NCBI GenBank assembly: GCA_963741965.1
Contig: CAVUKC010000001.1
Coordinates: 602,794-666,793, forward strand
Direction: 5' to 3'
Source of the DNA: an uncultured Chloroflexia bacterium
GTDB taxonomy: Bacteria; Chloroflexota; Chloroflexia; Thermomicrobiales; UBA6265
Length of the DNA: 64,000 nt
The stretch's first letter is position 1; the number at the start of each line of letters is the position of its first letter. A program made the position numbers and the translations under genes. A model generated the notes under the pieces. That model saw only the letters and a program-made list of their open reading frames with translations. It searched no databases and was not told the DNA's origin. Below, piece by piece: positions 27,073-36,121 of this stretch.

Positions 27073-28194
27073 TCAGCTGCCGCCCAGCCGCTCGAGCGCG
27101 CCGTCGACATAGGTTGTGTCGACCATGGTGGCCGGGTCGATGTCCTCGTCGTACTCAAGCAGGCCGCGGTCGCGGAAGAACGTCTGAAGCGTGGAAAGCG
27201 AATCGAGGTCGATCTTGCCGTCACCCTGATACACCGGCTTGACCGATTCGGCGACGAGCGTGGCCGGCACGCCGGTGTACTGCTCGATGATGGCGAGATT
27301 GACCGGATCGTTGAAGTTCTCGTTGAGGTCGCGGGACGCCTTGAGGTACGCCGTGACGAGCCCCGTGGCCGCCTCCGGGTTCTTCTCGATGAACTTGTTG
27401 CTGGCGAAGATCATGGTCGGCTGGTACTGCTGCACGTCGAAGTCCGGTGCGATGCGGACGGCGATGCCGTCGTTCTCCGCCTGGGTCGCCAGCGGCTCGC
27501 CGATGATGGAGGCGTCGATGGCGCCGCTGTCGAGCGCGGCGACCGCGTCGGGGAACGCCATGTACTGCAGGTCGATATCCTCGATTGTCAGACCATCCGT
27601 GCGCAGCGCCGCGTCGAGCCACAGCTCGGTTGCGCCGGGCGCGTTGACGGCCACCTTCTTGCCCTTGAGGTCGCTGATCCGGGTGATCTCGCCGCTCTCG
27701 CAGGCGTCCTTCGAGATCATCAGCGGCGATGCCACCGGCGAGCCCTCACCGTGGCCCGGCGCGATGATCGTCACCGGCAGGCCCTGCGCTACGGCATTCC
27801 AGTAGGCGGGGCCGATGCCGCCGAGGCCCGCGTCGAACTGCCCGGTCGCGGTGAGCGCGACCATGTCGGAGCCGCCGGGAAGCGCCTCCAGGGTGACATC
27901 GAGTCCCTCATCGGCGAAGTAGCCCTTCTCGTATGCGACGAACATCGGCGCGAAGATCGACACCGGCGTGTAGCCGATGGTCACCTTCACCGCGTCGTCC
28001 GGGACCTCGAAGTCGGGAATCTCGACATCCTCCGCAACCGGGGCGGACGGTGTTGCTTTCGGGATCGGCTCGCAGCTCAGACCCGACTGCGCGGCGGCGG
28101 GCGCCGCGCCGGTGAGGGGCACGAGCGCGAGGAGCAGAGCGACGAGCATCACGACGGGCACGCCATGGAACCGACGGGTACTGGCTCGGGACAT
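27073..28194 (-). CDS. ABC transporter substrate-binding protein (NMT1/THI5/SsuA-like)
   Basis: ATG 28194 gives 373 aa. Signal 'VVMLVALLLALVPLTGAAPAAAQ'. 'KVTIGYTPVSIFAPMFVAYEKGYF' is typical of NMT1/SsuA-type binding proteins. Confidence 0.8.
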   Translation of the reverse strand: MSRASTRRFHGVPVVMLVALLLALVPLTGAAPAAAQSGLSCEPIPKATPSAPVAEDVEIPDFEVPDDAVKVTIGYTPVSIFAPMFVAYEKGYFADEGLDVTLEALPGGSDMVALTATGQFDAGLGGIGPAYWNAVAQGLPVTIIAPGHGEGSPVASPLMISKDACESGEITRISDLKGKKVAVNAPGATELWLDAALRTDGLTIEDIDLQYMAFPDAVAALDSGAIDASIIGEPLATQAENDGIAVRIAPDFDVQQYQPTMIFASNKFIEKNPEAATGLVTAYLKASRDLNENFNDPVNLAIIEQYTGVPATLVAESVKPVYQGDGKIDLDSLSTLQTFFRDRGLLEYDEDIDPATMVDTTYVDGALERLGGS

Positions 28195-28370
28195 GGGCAC
28201 GTTCCTTGTGGGAAATGCTGGCGGGCTCGCCCGGGGGTGGGGAGCGCCGCGGCATTGCGGCATGCGGAACCGTTCGGCCCGCGTTCATTCTTCGTGAAGT
28301 ATACGATTGCGCCGGTTGTCTGGCCGGTACGCCTGACACGCGCGGGCTCTGGCCTATGGCAGGCGTTGAT

Positions 28371-28865
28371 CTACTCGAAGGTGACCACGCTGATATTGCC
28401 GTCGCCCTCGAGGTAGGCGGTCTTCACCTTGCCGATGTCATCGACGCCCTGCTCGCGCAGCTGCGCCATGAGCTCGTCCTTCGTGAGGAACTCCCGCCGC
28501 ATGTTGTTGCGAACCATCTTGCCGTCGCGGATCACGAGCAGCGGCGGCGGCGCAATCAGGCGGTCGATCAGCGGGAAGTAGTATCCCAGCGAGTTGAGCA
28601 GGTAGTTCCAGAGGACCACGGTCACGACCGTGACGACCCCGGCGGGAACCGATGTCGCGCCGCCAGTCATCGCGTCAGCCGCGCCGTTGGCGACGAGCAG
28701 CACGAAGATAAAGTCGAGCATGGAGAGCTCGCCCGCCGAGCGGCGCAGCGTGAACCGCATGATGAGGAAGACCACGAAGTAGAGGACGGTTGCACGCACG
28801 AAGAGCTCGACGATCGAGAACTCGGTCGTGAACACCTCTTGCCAGTCGGTGCCGGAGAACTCCAT
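28371..28865 (-). CDS. DUF421 (YetF-like) membrane protein
   Basis: 164 aa. 'LRRSAGELSMLDFIFVLLVANGA' and the C-terminal 'RREFLTKDELMAQLREQGV' are typical of the DUF421 family. Confidence 0.7.
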   Translation of the reverse strand: MEFSGTDWQEVFTTEFSIVELFVRATVLYFVVFLIMRFTLRRSAGELSMLDFIFVLLVANGAADAMTGGATSVPAGVVTVVTVVLWNYLLNSLGYYFPLIDRLIAPPPLLVIRDGKMVRNNMRREFLTKDELMAQLREQGVDDIGKVKTAYLEGDGNISVVTFE

Positions 28866-28897
28866 TCGGCGTCACTCACTTTCGCCGGCGCCAGCGG

Positions 28898-29971
28898 TCA
28901 GTCGGCGGCGTCCGGAGCGACCCGGGTCAGCTGTCGCACGCCGAGAAGGTCAAGCTCCTCGGCGAAGTGGCAGGCGGCGTGGTGGCCGGGCCGAATCTCT
29001 CGCAGCGGCGGCTCATCGACCTTGCAACGGTCCTGCGCGTACTGGCAGCGCGGGTGGAAGTAGCACCCGGAGGGAGGGTTCACCGGGTCGGCGACCTCTC
29101 CCTGCGGCTTGATGCGCTTGCGGCGGTCCCGCAGGCGCGGGTCCGGCACCGGTACCGCCGACATCAATACCTCGGTGTAGGGGTGGAGCGGGTTGGCGAA
29201 CAGCTCGCGCGTCGGGGCAAGCTCAATGAGCTTCCCGACGTACATCACCGCGACGCGGTCGCAGATGTGTTCGATCACGCTGAGGTCGTGCGAGATGAAC
29301 AGGTACGTGAGGTCGAACTCCCGCTGCAGGTCGGAAAGCAGGTTCAGGATCTGGGCGCGCACGGAGACGTCCAGCGCGGACACGGCTTCGTCGAGCACGA
29401 CGAGGCGCGGGTCGAGCGCAAGGGCGCGGGCGATGCTGATGCGCTGTCGCTCGCCGCCGGAAAACGCGTGGGGGTACCGGCGCATGTACTCGGCGCGCAG
29501 GCCCACCTTCTTCAACAGCTCGGCGATGTGCCGCTCCTGCTCGCGAGACGAGCCGACCTTGAAGGCCTTGAGCGGCTCGCCGACCGTCTGCATCACGGTC
29601 ATGCGGGGGTTGAGCGAGGAGAATGGGTCCTGGAAGACCATCCGGATCTCCTTGCGGTACGGCTTCAGCTGCCGCTGGCTGAACTCCCGCAGGTCCACTG
29701 TCGAGCCGTCTTCCCTGATGTAGTTGATCGCGCCGCCGGTCGGCTCGATCGCCCGGACAATGCTGCGGCCGGTGGTTGTCTTGCCGCAGCCGCTCTCGCC
29801 GACGAGCCCGAGCGTTTCGCCGCGATAGATGGAAAAGGAGACGCCGTCAACCGCCTTGAGCGTCACCGCGGAACGCTTGAGGAAGCCGCCGCCGAGGGGG
29901 AAGTGGACCTGGAGCCGGTCGACCTCCAGCAGCGTCGGGCGAGGCGTCGAGGGTTCAGCTCGCTGTGCCAT
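28898..29971 (-). CDS. Opp/Dpp-type ABC transporter ATP-binding protein (OppF/DppF-like)
   Basis: 357 aa from ATG 29971. Walker A 'GESGCGKTT', 'FSGGERQRI'. The C-terminal Cys motif '[14 protein letters not shown]' is typical of the oligopeptide/dipeptide ATPase C-terminal domain. Confidence 0.9.
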   Translation of the reverse strand: MAQRAEPSTPRPTLLEVDRLQVHFPLGGGFLKRSAVTLKAVDGVSFSIYRGETLGLVGESGCGKTTTGRSIVRAIEPTGGAINYIREDGSTVDLREFSQRQLKPYRKEIRMVFQDPFSSLNPRMTVMQTVGEPLKAFKVGSSREQERHIAELLKKVGLRAEYMRRYPHAFSGGERQRISIARALALDPRLVVLDEAVSALDVSVRAQILNLLSDLQREFDLTYLFISHDLSVIEHICDRVAVMYVGKLIELAPTRELFANPLHPYTEVLMSAVPVPDPRLRDRRKRIKPQGEVADPVNPPSGCYFHPRCQYAQDRCKVDEPPLREIRPGHHAACHFAEELDLLGVRQLTRVAPDAAD

Positions 29972-31100
29972 CGGTCTCTCCGTGGGATGTCTCGAGCGGG
30001 TCGGGGTTCGCATGAATGTGCTGCGACTGCGGTGTGTCGAGATATTCCGGCTCGTACAGCAGACAGCGGACGTCGCGCCGGTAACCGAGATCGGTTCGTG
30101 GCGGGAGGACGCGGTCGCAGACGCCAGGTATCGCGAAATCGCAGCGGGTGTTGAACGGGCAGCCGTCTGGCCGGTTATAGGGGTCGGGCACCATGCCGCG
30201 GATCGAGTCCAGGCGCTCGCCAGTGGCCTCCCCGAGCCGCGGGATCGAGCGAAGCAGCGCTCGCGTGTACGGGTGCTTCGGCGCGTGGAAGATCTCGTCG
30301 ACGGTGCCGCGCTCGACCACGATGCCGAGGTACATCACCGCGACCTCGTCGGCAATCTCCGCGACGACGCCGAGGTCGTGCGTGATGAAGATCATCGCCA
30401 TGCCGAACTCGTCCTGCAGGCCCTGCATCAGCTCCAGGATTTGCGCCTGGGTGGTCACGTCGAGCGCGGTTGTCGGCTCGTCGGCGATGAGCAGCTGTGG
30501 GTTGTTGGAGAGCGCCATCGCGATCATCGCGCGCTGGCGGAGCCCGCCGCTGAGCTGGAAGGAGTAGCCGTCGAAGCGCTCCTCGGCGCGCGGCACCCCG
30601 ACCTTGCGCAGCATCTCGATCGAGTGCTGCCGGGCCTGCTCCTTGGACATCTTGTTGTGCAGGAGCACGTTCTCTGCGATCTGGCTGCCGATGGTGTGGA
30701 CCGGGCTGAACGAGGTCATCGGCTCCTGGAAGATCATCGAGATATCCTTGCCGCGGATGTCCCGGATCTGCGGTCCCGTCGGATTCAGCTTCGCGAGATC
30801 GACCGTCGAGACGGCGCCGGTCGCAAGGTCCCTGGGGTGGAAGAGCATCTCGCCCTCGATCACCTTGCCGGGCGGCTGGACGATTTGCAGGATCGATCGG
30901 GCGGTCATGCTCTTGCCGCAGCCGCTCTCCCCGACGATGCAGAGCGTCTTGCCCCGCTTGACGTCGAAGGTCGCGCCGTCGAGCGCCTTGACGGTGCCCT
31001 CGTCGAGCTTGAACCAGGTCTTCAGGCCGCGGACCTCGAGCAGCAGGTCCTCCTGCGCCGATGCCGCGGGAGCGGCGGTGTTGTGCGTGGCGGTCGCCAT
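29955..31100 (-). CDS. Opp/Dpp-type ABC transporter ATP-binding protein (OppD/DppD-like)
   Basis: 381 aa. 'GESGCGKSM', 'LSGGLRQRA', C-terminal '[15 protein letters not shown]'. Confidence 0.9.
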   Translation of the reverse strand: MATATHNTAAPAASAQEDLLLEVRGLKTWFKLDEGTVKALDGATFDVKRGKTLCIVGESGCGKSMTARSILQIVQPPGKVIEGEMLFHPRDLATGAVSTVDLAKLNPTGPQIRDIRGKDISMIFQEPMTSFSPVHTIGSQIAENVLLHNKMSKEQARQHSIEMLRKVGVPRAEERFDGYSFQLSGGLRQRAMIAMALSNNPQLLIADEPTTALDVTTQAQILELMQGLQDEFGMAMIFITHDLGVVAEIADEVAVMYLGIVVERGTVDEIFHAPKHPYTRALLRSIPRLGEATGERLDSIRGMVPDPYNRPDGCPFNTRCDFAIPGVCDRVLPPRTDLGYRRDVRCLLYEPEYLDTPQSQHIHANPDPLETSHGETDGTAS

Positions 31101-31114
31101 GAAACGTGCCTCCG

Positions 31115-32344
31115 TCAGCTTGCGTAGGGATCGGCGGCGTCGCGCAGGCCGTCACCGAGGAAGTTGAGCGAGATCACCGCGACGACCACCATCACGCCGG
31201 GCAGCAGCAGCCATGGCGCGGTGGAGACCGAGCGGATGTTCTGGGCCTCCTGGAGCAGCACGCCCCAGCTGTTGATGGGAGAGCGCAGCCCGAGGCCGAG
31301 GAAGCTGAGCGAGGTCTCGGCGAGGATCATGGCGGGGATCGCCAGCGTGATCGACGCGATGATGTGGCTGGTGAACGACGGCACCATGTGGCGCAGGATG
31401 ATGCGCATCTCGCCGGTGCCGTCCAGCCGGGCGGCGGTGACGAACTCCTCCTCGCGGAGGGAGAGGAAGCGTCCGCGTACAACGCGGGCGAGACCTGTCC
31501 AGCCGACGATGGAGAGAATGATGGTGATACCGAAGTAGACCTGGAGTGGCGACCAGGTCTTTGGCAGCGCGGCGGCAAGACCCATCCAGAGGGGAATGCC
31601 GGGGATGCTCCGCAGGAATTCGATGAAGCGCTGCACGAAGGTGTCGATCGCGCCGCCGAAGTACCCGGAGATGCCGCCGAGCACGATGCCGAGGATGAGA
31701 CTGATGAAGACGCCGAGCAGACCGAGTGTCATCGAGATGCGCGTACCGAGGATCATCCGGCTGAGCAGATCCTGACCGAGACGGTCGGCGCCGAGGGGAT
31801 AAAACGGCGTGCTGGGGTCGGTGGAGCCGAAGATATGCCGGTCCATCGGGATGAGGCCGAGGAGCTTGTACTCGTACCCCTTCACCCAGAACCCAACCGG
31901 GACGACCTTGTCCGTGTCGATCGTGAAGGTCTTGGCGAGGGTCTCCTTGTCGATCTCGGTCTTGTAGCCGTGGGTATAGAGGCCAACGACCCGCTCGCCG
32001 TCCTCCTCGCGCACGAAGTTGATGCCCTGGGGCGGCGCGTAGGTATAGGCGGCGTTGACATCGGTGGGGTCGTTCGGCGCGAGCATCTCGGCGAACGCGG
32101 CAACCAGGTAGAGCAGGATCACGATCACGAGCCCAGCCATCGCGAGCTTGTGGCGGCGGAACTTCCACCACATCAGCTTCCACTGGGAGGCGACGTAGAC
32201 GGTCTGCTCGGGCTGGCTCGTCTCCTCGGTGAGGTCCACCGCCTCCGGCACGCGATCCTGGACGGCGGTGCCATCGACATCGCTGTGCCCCAGCGGGGAC
32301 GCCCCCGGTTGCGCCTGCTCGATGCTCAGGTCCTCGTTACGCAT
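31115..32344 (-). CDS. Opp/Dpp-type ABC transporter permease (OppC/DppC-like)
   Basis: 409 aa with a long N-terminal/periplasmic extension. Its EAA loop contains 'AARLDGTGEMRIILRHMVP'. Confidence 0.85.
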   Translation of the reverse strand: MRNEDLSIEQAQPGASPLGHSDVDGTAVQDRVPEAVDLTEETSQPEQTVYVASQWKLMWWKFRRHKLAMAGLVIVILLYLVAAFAEMLAPNDPTDVNAAYTYAPPQGINFVREEDGERVVGLYTHGYKTEIDKETLAKTFTIDTDKVVPVGFWVKGYEYKLLGLIPMDRHIFGSTDPSTPFYPLGADRLGQDLLSRMILGTRISMTLGLLGVFISLILGIVLGGISGYFGGAIDTFVQRFIEFLRSIPGIPLWMGLAAALPKTWSPLQVYFGITIILSIVGWTGLARVVRGRFLSLREEEFVTAARLDGTGEMRIILRHMVPSFTSHIIASITLAIPAMILAETSLSFLGLGLRSPINSWGVLLQEAQNIRSVSTAPWLLLPGVMVVVAVISLNFLGDGLRDAADPYAS

Positions 32345-32395
32345 GTCTCACGCCTTTCGAAACGCTGGGAATCCTCATCGGCTCGGCCAGGAAGG

Positions 32396-33379
32396 TCAAT
32401 AGCGGATTCTGGGATCAAGCCATGCCAGCAGGATGTCCGAGAGCAGCGTGCCGATGACGGTGAGCACGCTGGTCAACAGGATCAGACTGCCAGCGAGGTA
32501 CATGTCCTGCGACTGCAAGGCGCGGAGCAGCAGCGGCCCGACGGTCGGCAGGCTGAGCACCACGCCGATGATCGCCTCGCCGGAGACCAGCGTCGGCAGG
32601 ATGAAACCCGAGGTGCTGACGAACGGGTTGAGCGCCATGCGGACCGGGTACTTGAGCAGAAGGGTGCGCTCGTCGAGCCCCTTGGCGCGAGCGGTGACGA
32701 CGTACGGCTTGTTGAGCTCATCCATGAGATTGGCGCGCATGATTCGCACGAGACCGGCGGTCGACGCGACGCCGACGATCACAATGGGGATCCAGAGATG
32801 CGCCATGAGGTCGGCGAACTTGTCGAAGCTCCAGGCTGCATCGACGTACTGCGGCGAGTAGAGCCCGCCGACGCTCTGATGGAAGTAGCGGAACGAGATG
32901 TAGAGCAGGATCAGGGCGATCATGAACTCGGGTATCGCCAGGCCGAGGAAGGCCATGAACGTGAGGACGTAGTCGCCGACGGTGTACTTTCGCACGGCGG
33001 AGTAGATGCCGAGCGGAAAGGCGATGGCCCAGGTGAGCAGGAGTGAGCCGACGGAGATGGCGATGGTGAATCCGATGCGGGAGCCGATGAGATCGGTCAC
33101 CGGGCGGTTGTATTCGAATGAGTCGCCGAAGTCGAAGTGAAGGATGATATTCCGCATCCAGTAGAAATACTGCACATACCATGGCTCGCCGAGCCCGTAG
33201 CGCTCCCGCAGCGCGACGAGCGCCTGCTGGTTCACCTGCTCGCCCTGGCTGCTCATCGCGGCGACCAGGGTGGTGAGGTAATCACCTGGCGGCAGCTGGA
33301 TGATGATGAACACCACGATGGAGATGGCGAAGACCGTGGGGATCATATACAGGGTGCGCCGAATGATGAAGGTGAACAT
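32396..33379 (-). CDS. Opp/Dpp-type ABC transporter permease (OppB/DppB-like)
   Basis: ATG 33379 (RBS AGGAG 8 nt upstream) gives 327 aa starting 'MFTFIIRRTLYMIPTVFAIS', the canonical OppB/DppB N-terminus. Confidence 0.85.
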   Translation of the reverse strand: MFTFIIRRTLYMIPTVFAISIVVFIIIQLPPGDYLTTLVAAMSSQGEQVNQQALVALRERYGLGEPWYVQYFYWMRNIILHFDFGDSFEYNRPVTDLIGSRIGFTIAISVGSLLLTWAIAFPLGIYSAVRKYTVGDYVLTFMAFLGLAIPEFMIALILLYISFRYFHQSVGGLYSPQYVDAAWSFDKFADLMAHLWIPIVIVGVASTAGLVRIMRANLMDELNKPYVVTARAKGLDERTLLLKYPVRMALNPFVSTSGFILPTLVSGEAIIGVVLSLPTVGPLLLRALQSQDMYLAGSLILLTSVLTVIGTLLSDILLAWLDPRIRY

Positions 33380-33673
33380 CAGCGGATCTCCTGGACGGAG
33401 CATGTCGGCCAGGCGGTGCTGTGGTGCGCTGGCTCGCCCGTGGGTTGTGTGAACGTCTCTACTGAAGCACATCGCTGGTGGCGTGTACAAGTGGCGCGGG
33501 TATCAGCCAGCTGGCTGACGGGCGTTCTGCGCGAAGGAAGCATCGCAGGAGGACTCCAAAATTCGGTCCGGATGCCGGACGTCCCGGACTCCGGCTGGCG
33601 GGAGCCACCAGTGAGGCGCTGCGAGACAGGATGATACGGATTGCGCTGCATCCGGCTGTGATGATCGTGCTGC

Positions 33674-33694
33674 TGAATCATATATGATATATGC
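33674..33694. promoter_or_regulatory. AT-rich palindromic operator candidate, site A
   Basis: 'TGAATCATATATGATATATGC' with a perfect 12-bp palindrome ATCATATATGAT at 33677-33688. It lies in the 412-bp spacer between the SBP and permease genes and shares its core with sites B, C and D. Confidence 0.6.
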
Positions 33695-33739
33695 GATTCG
33701 GAACAAGCGAGCAGATGGCGACCGGTCATTATCGCGAAC

Positions 33740-33772
33740 CAGCCCGACCGGTCGCTGCGACCGGTCGGGCTG
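33740..33772 (-). terminator. hairpin just downstream of the SBP gene (attenuator/terminator inside the ABC operon)
   Basis: Perfect 15-bp stem CAGCCCGACCGGTCG / CGACCGGTCGGGCTG with a 3-nt loop, 20 nt after the SBP stop at 33792. Confidence 0.65.
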
Positions 33773-33791
33773 GTGTGTTCCTGGCGGTGAG

Positions 33792-35768
33792 CTACTCCTG
33801 CTGACCGCCCTCGTAGAAGTACGTCTCCGGATGCGACGGCGCCGGGTTCGGGTAGAGCCAGGCGCCCGGCATCGACGCGGGCACGTTCTTCATGTTGACC
33901 TTCTTGATGCCGTAGCCAATCGCCGGCAGGCTGATGCCGATCGCGTTGAAGTTCTCCTGTGCGATCGCGAGCAGCTCGTTGAAGAGCTCGTCCTGCTTGG
34001 CGGGGTCTGGCGTGGTCTCGATCTCAGCGTAGAGGTCCACCTGCTTCTGGATGCTTTCGGGCGGCTCCATCGCCTCCGTCTGCGGGTTGGCGCCGGCGTT
34101 GTTCGCCCAGACCACCCAGGCCTCGCCCCAGAGCGACTCGTCACTGTGCGGGTAGTACCAGCGGGCTTCGAGCATGGCGTCGTTGAGACCGCCGTCACCG
34201 CCCCAGACCGCACAGTCGTGCTCGTTGGCCGCCTTGCGGGTGTACATGAGCGAGCGATCCTCCGGCTTGAGGCTCGCGTTGACGCCGACCGCCTTCCAGT
34301 AGTCGATCACCAGGTTGGAGGCATCCGTCCAGAACGGATTGAGCTCGGCGGCGACCTCGACGACGAACGAGAACGGATCGCCGCTCGGCATCAGGCGCAT
34401 GCCGTCGCCGTCCTTGTCCGGCAGCACCTTGTCGAGAGCCTCGTTCGCCTTGTCGACGTCAAACTCGGTGAACTGTTTGGCCAGATCCTCGTTGTACCAG
34501 CGCGTCTCCTGGCGCGGGCAGAGCTGCCACGGCTCGCCCTGGCTCACGAACACGGCGTCGATGATCTCCTGGCGGTTGATCGCATAGGAGAGCCCGACGC
34601 GGAAGTCCTTGTTCTGGAAGATCTCCCGCATCGCCTCGTTCTTGTGCGTCTGGTTGATCGCGTACACGGTGGTGTTCATCGACGATGGCACGATATCGAA
34701 GAACTCGTAGCCGCCCTTCTCGCGGTTCTCGGCCAGCACCGGCTTGTTGGTGTCCGTCGTGATGTGCCGCGCGTGCATGTCGATCTCGCCGTTGGAGGCC
34801 CGCAGCAGCAGCACTTCCGGGTCCTCGAGCACGTCGAACACGACCTCGTCGATGTACGGCAGCTGCTGTCCCTGGGTATCGACCTTCCAGTAGTACGGGT
34901 TGCGCTCGAAGCGGACCCGCGTGCCCTCGCCGTACGGCTCCACCAGCTTCCAGGCGTGGAGGCGCGGCAGCTCGACGTTCGACCAGCGGGCATCGTACGG
35001 CGTGCCCGGGATGCCCGCGCCCTTCTTCCGGAAGAGCTCGACCCAGTCCTGCGCGCCCTCGTCCTTGATCATCTGGTCGAGGGTGTCAGTGTTGAAGTCC
35101 TTGTGGAACTGCTCGAGGTAGTGGCGTGGGTAGCGGGTCCATTCGACACCGGCCGCCTCGCACATGTGCTGCAGCGCGAAGCCGTTCGGGGTCTCGTAGG
35201 TGACCGTGAAGGTCTGGTCGTCGGCGACCTCGATCGAGAAGTTGATGTCCGGCGCTGCCGGGTTCAGCTCTTCGTTGTAGCGGACGCTGTTGACGTAGAA
35301 CTCGACGTCGGCCGAGGTGAACGGCTCGCCGTCGGACCACTTCATGCCCTTGCGCAGATGGAAGGTGAAGGCGGTGCCGTCGTCCGAGACCTCGACCGCC
35401 TTGGCGATGTCCGGAAGCACCTCGGACCAGTCGACCGACCATGTCACGAGGTTGTCGTAGTTGACGGTGCGCTCCAGCCAGGCGGTGTCCTGACCGCCGA
35501 TGAGCGCGGTGCGCCACGTGCCGCCATAGGTGCCGACGGAGTCGATCGGATCGAGCACCATCGGCTCTTCACCGATGCGCTCGGCCACCGGCGGCAGGTC
35601 CTGACCCTCGAGGAACGGGGACTGGCTGATCTCGGCGGGGACGGCCGGGGTTTGCGCGACAGCGTACCCGCCTCGGGCGCCGGCGGCAACGGTGAAGCCG
35701 ATGGCTCCGCTGACCTGCAGGAATCGCCGTCGGGAGTACGGCTGGCGGAACGGGGAAACCTTCGACAT
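33792..35768 (-). CDS. ABC transporter substrate-binding protein, family 5 (peptide/nickel/oligosaccharide type)
   Basis: ATG 35768 (RBS AAGGAGAG) gives 658 aa. Tat signal 'SRRRFLQVSGAIGFTVAAGA'. The tracked ORF start at 35927 is over-extended. Confidence 0.85.
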   Translation of the reverse strand: MSKVSPFRQPYSRRRFLQVSGAIGFTVAAGARGGYAVAQTPAVPAEISQSPFLEGQDLPPVAERIGEEPMVLDPIDSVGTYGGTWRTALIGGQDTAWLERTVNYDNLVTWSVDWSEVLPDIAKAVEVSDDGTAFTFHLRKGMKWSDGEPFTSADVEFYVNSVRYNEELNPAAPDINFSIEVADDQTFTVTYETPNGFALQHMCEAAGVEWTRYPRHYLEQFHKDFNTDTLDQMIKDEGAQDWVELFRKKGAGIPGTPYDARWSNVELPRLHAWKLVEPYGEGTRVRFERNPYYWKVDTQGQQLPYIDEVVFDVLEDPEVLLLRASNGEIDMHARHITTDTNKPVLAENREKGGYEFFDIVPSSMNTTVYAINQTHKNEAMREIFQNKDFRVGLSYAINRQEIIDAVFVSQGEPWQLCPRQETRWYNEDLAKQFTEFDVDKANEALDKVLPDKDGDGMRLMPSGDPFSFVVEVAAELNPFWTDASNLVIDYWKAVGVNASLKPEDRSLMYTRKAANEHDCAVWGGDGGLNDAMLEARWYYPHSDESLWGEAWVVWANNAGANPQTEAMEPPESIQKQVDLYAEIETTPDPAKQDELFNELLAIAQENFNAIGISLPAIGYGIKKVNMKNVPASMPGAWLYPNPAPSHPETYFYEGGQQE

Positions 35769-35925
35769 GGATGTCTCTCCTTGTGGGGTAACGACCTTCC
35801 GAGTCCCATCCATGCAGCGCGTCCGGTGCACGCAGGCACGAGGATGCATCTTCCCCGAAACCCTCCAGCACCCGGCATGGACCCGGGCTGGCGGTGCGTT
35901 CAAATGGCGTTCTGCACGTGCCGGC

Positions 35926-35945
35926 ATTCTATATCATATAGGAAC
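35926..35945. promoter_or_regulatory. AT-rich operator candidate, site B
   Basis: 'ATTCTATATCATATAGGAAC'. It shares 13 identical nt (TCTATATCATATA) with site D and lies ~160 nt upstream of the SBP ATG. Confidence 0.55.
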
Positions 35946-36051
35946 GGTCGCGCAATCGAGACAAGGCGTTTTGGAGCACCGCGGGGTGAGAACGTGCTGT
36001 CGAGACACAGCACTTTCGTGTCACCGTGACGCACTCTCGTCTGCACCCAAG

Positions 36052-36088
36052 GCGGTGGACGGCCGATGATGCACCGACCGTCCGCCGC
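36052..36088 (-). terminator. hairpin downstream of the heparinase-like gene
   Basis: 11-bp stem GCGGTGGACGG / CCGTCCGCCGC (one G-U pair) with a 15-nt loop, 34 nt after the stop at 36122. No clear U-tract. Confidence 0.4.
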
Positions 36089-36121
36089 GGGATTGCTATA
36101 CAACGATGGGCACAGGTGCAA

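Noticed and set aside
28195-28370. TPP (thi-box) riboswitch upstream of the NMT1/THI5-like binding-protein operon.
   Set aside because: I read the minus-strand leader and found no 'CUGAGA' and no 'ACCUGAUCUGGAUAAUGCCAGCG'-like element. Only a possible TATACT -10 was seen.
33684-36029. Very long antisense or out-of-frame ORFs: 33684..36029 (781 aa), 31106..33046, 57952..59592, 46919..48136, 22580..24511, 27034..28416, 199..1428 and many others.
   Set aside because: Each lies opposite to, or out of frame with, a gene that has clear family motifs. Their translations are Arg/Ala/Gly/Pro-rich with no recognisable domains, as expected for stop-poor alternative frames in high-GC DNA.
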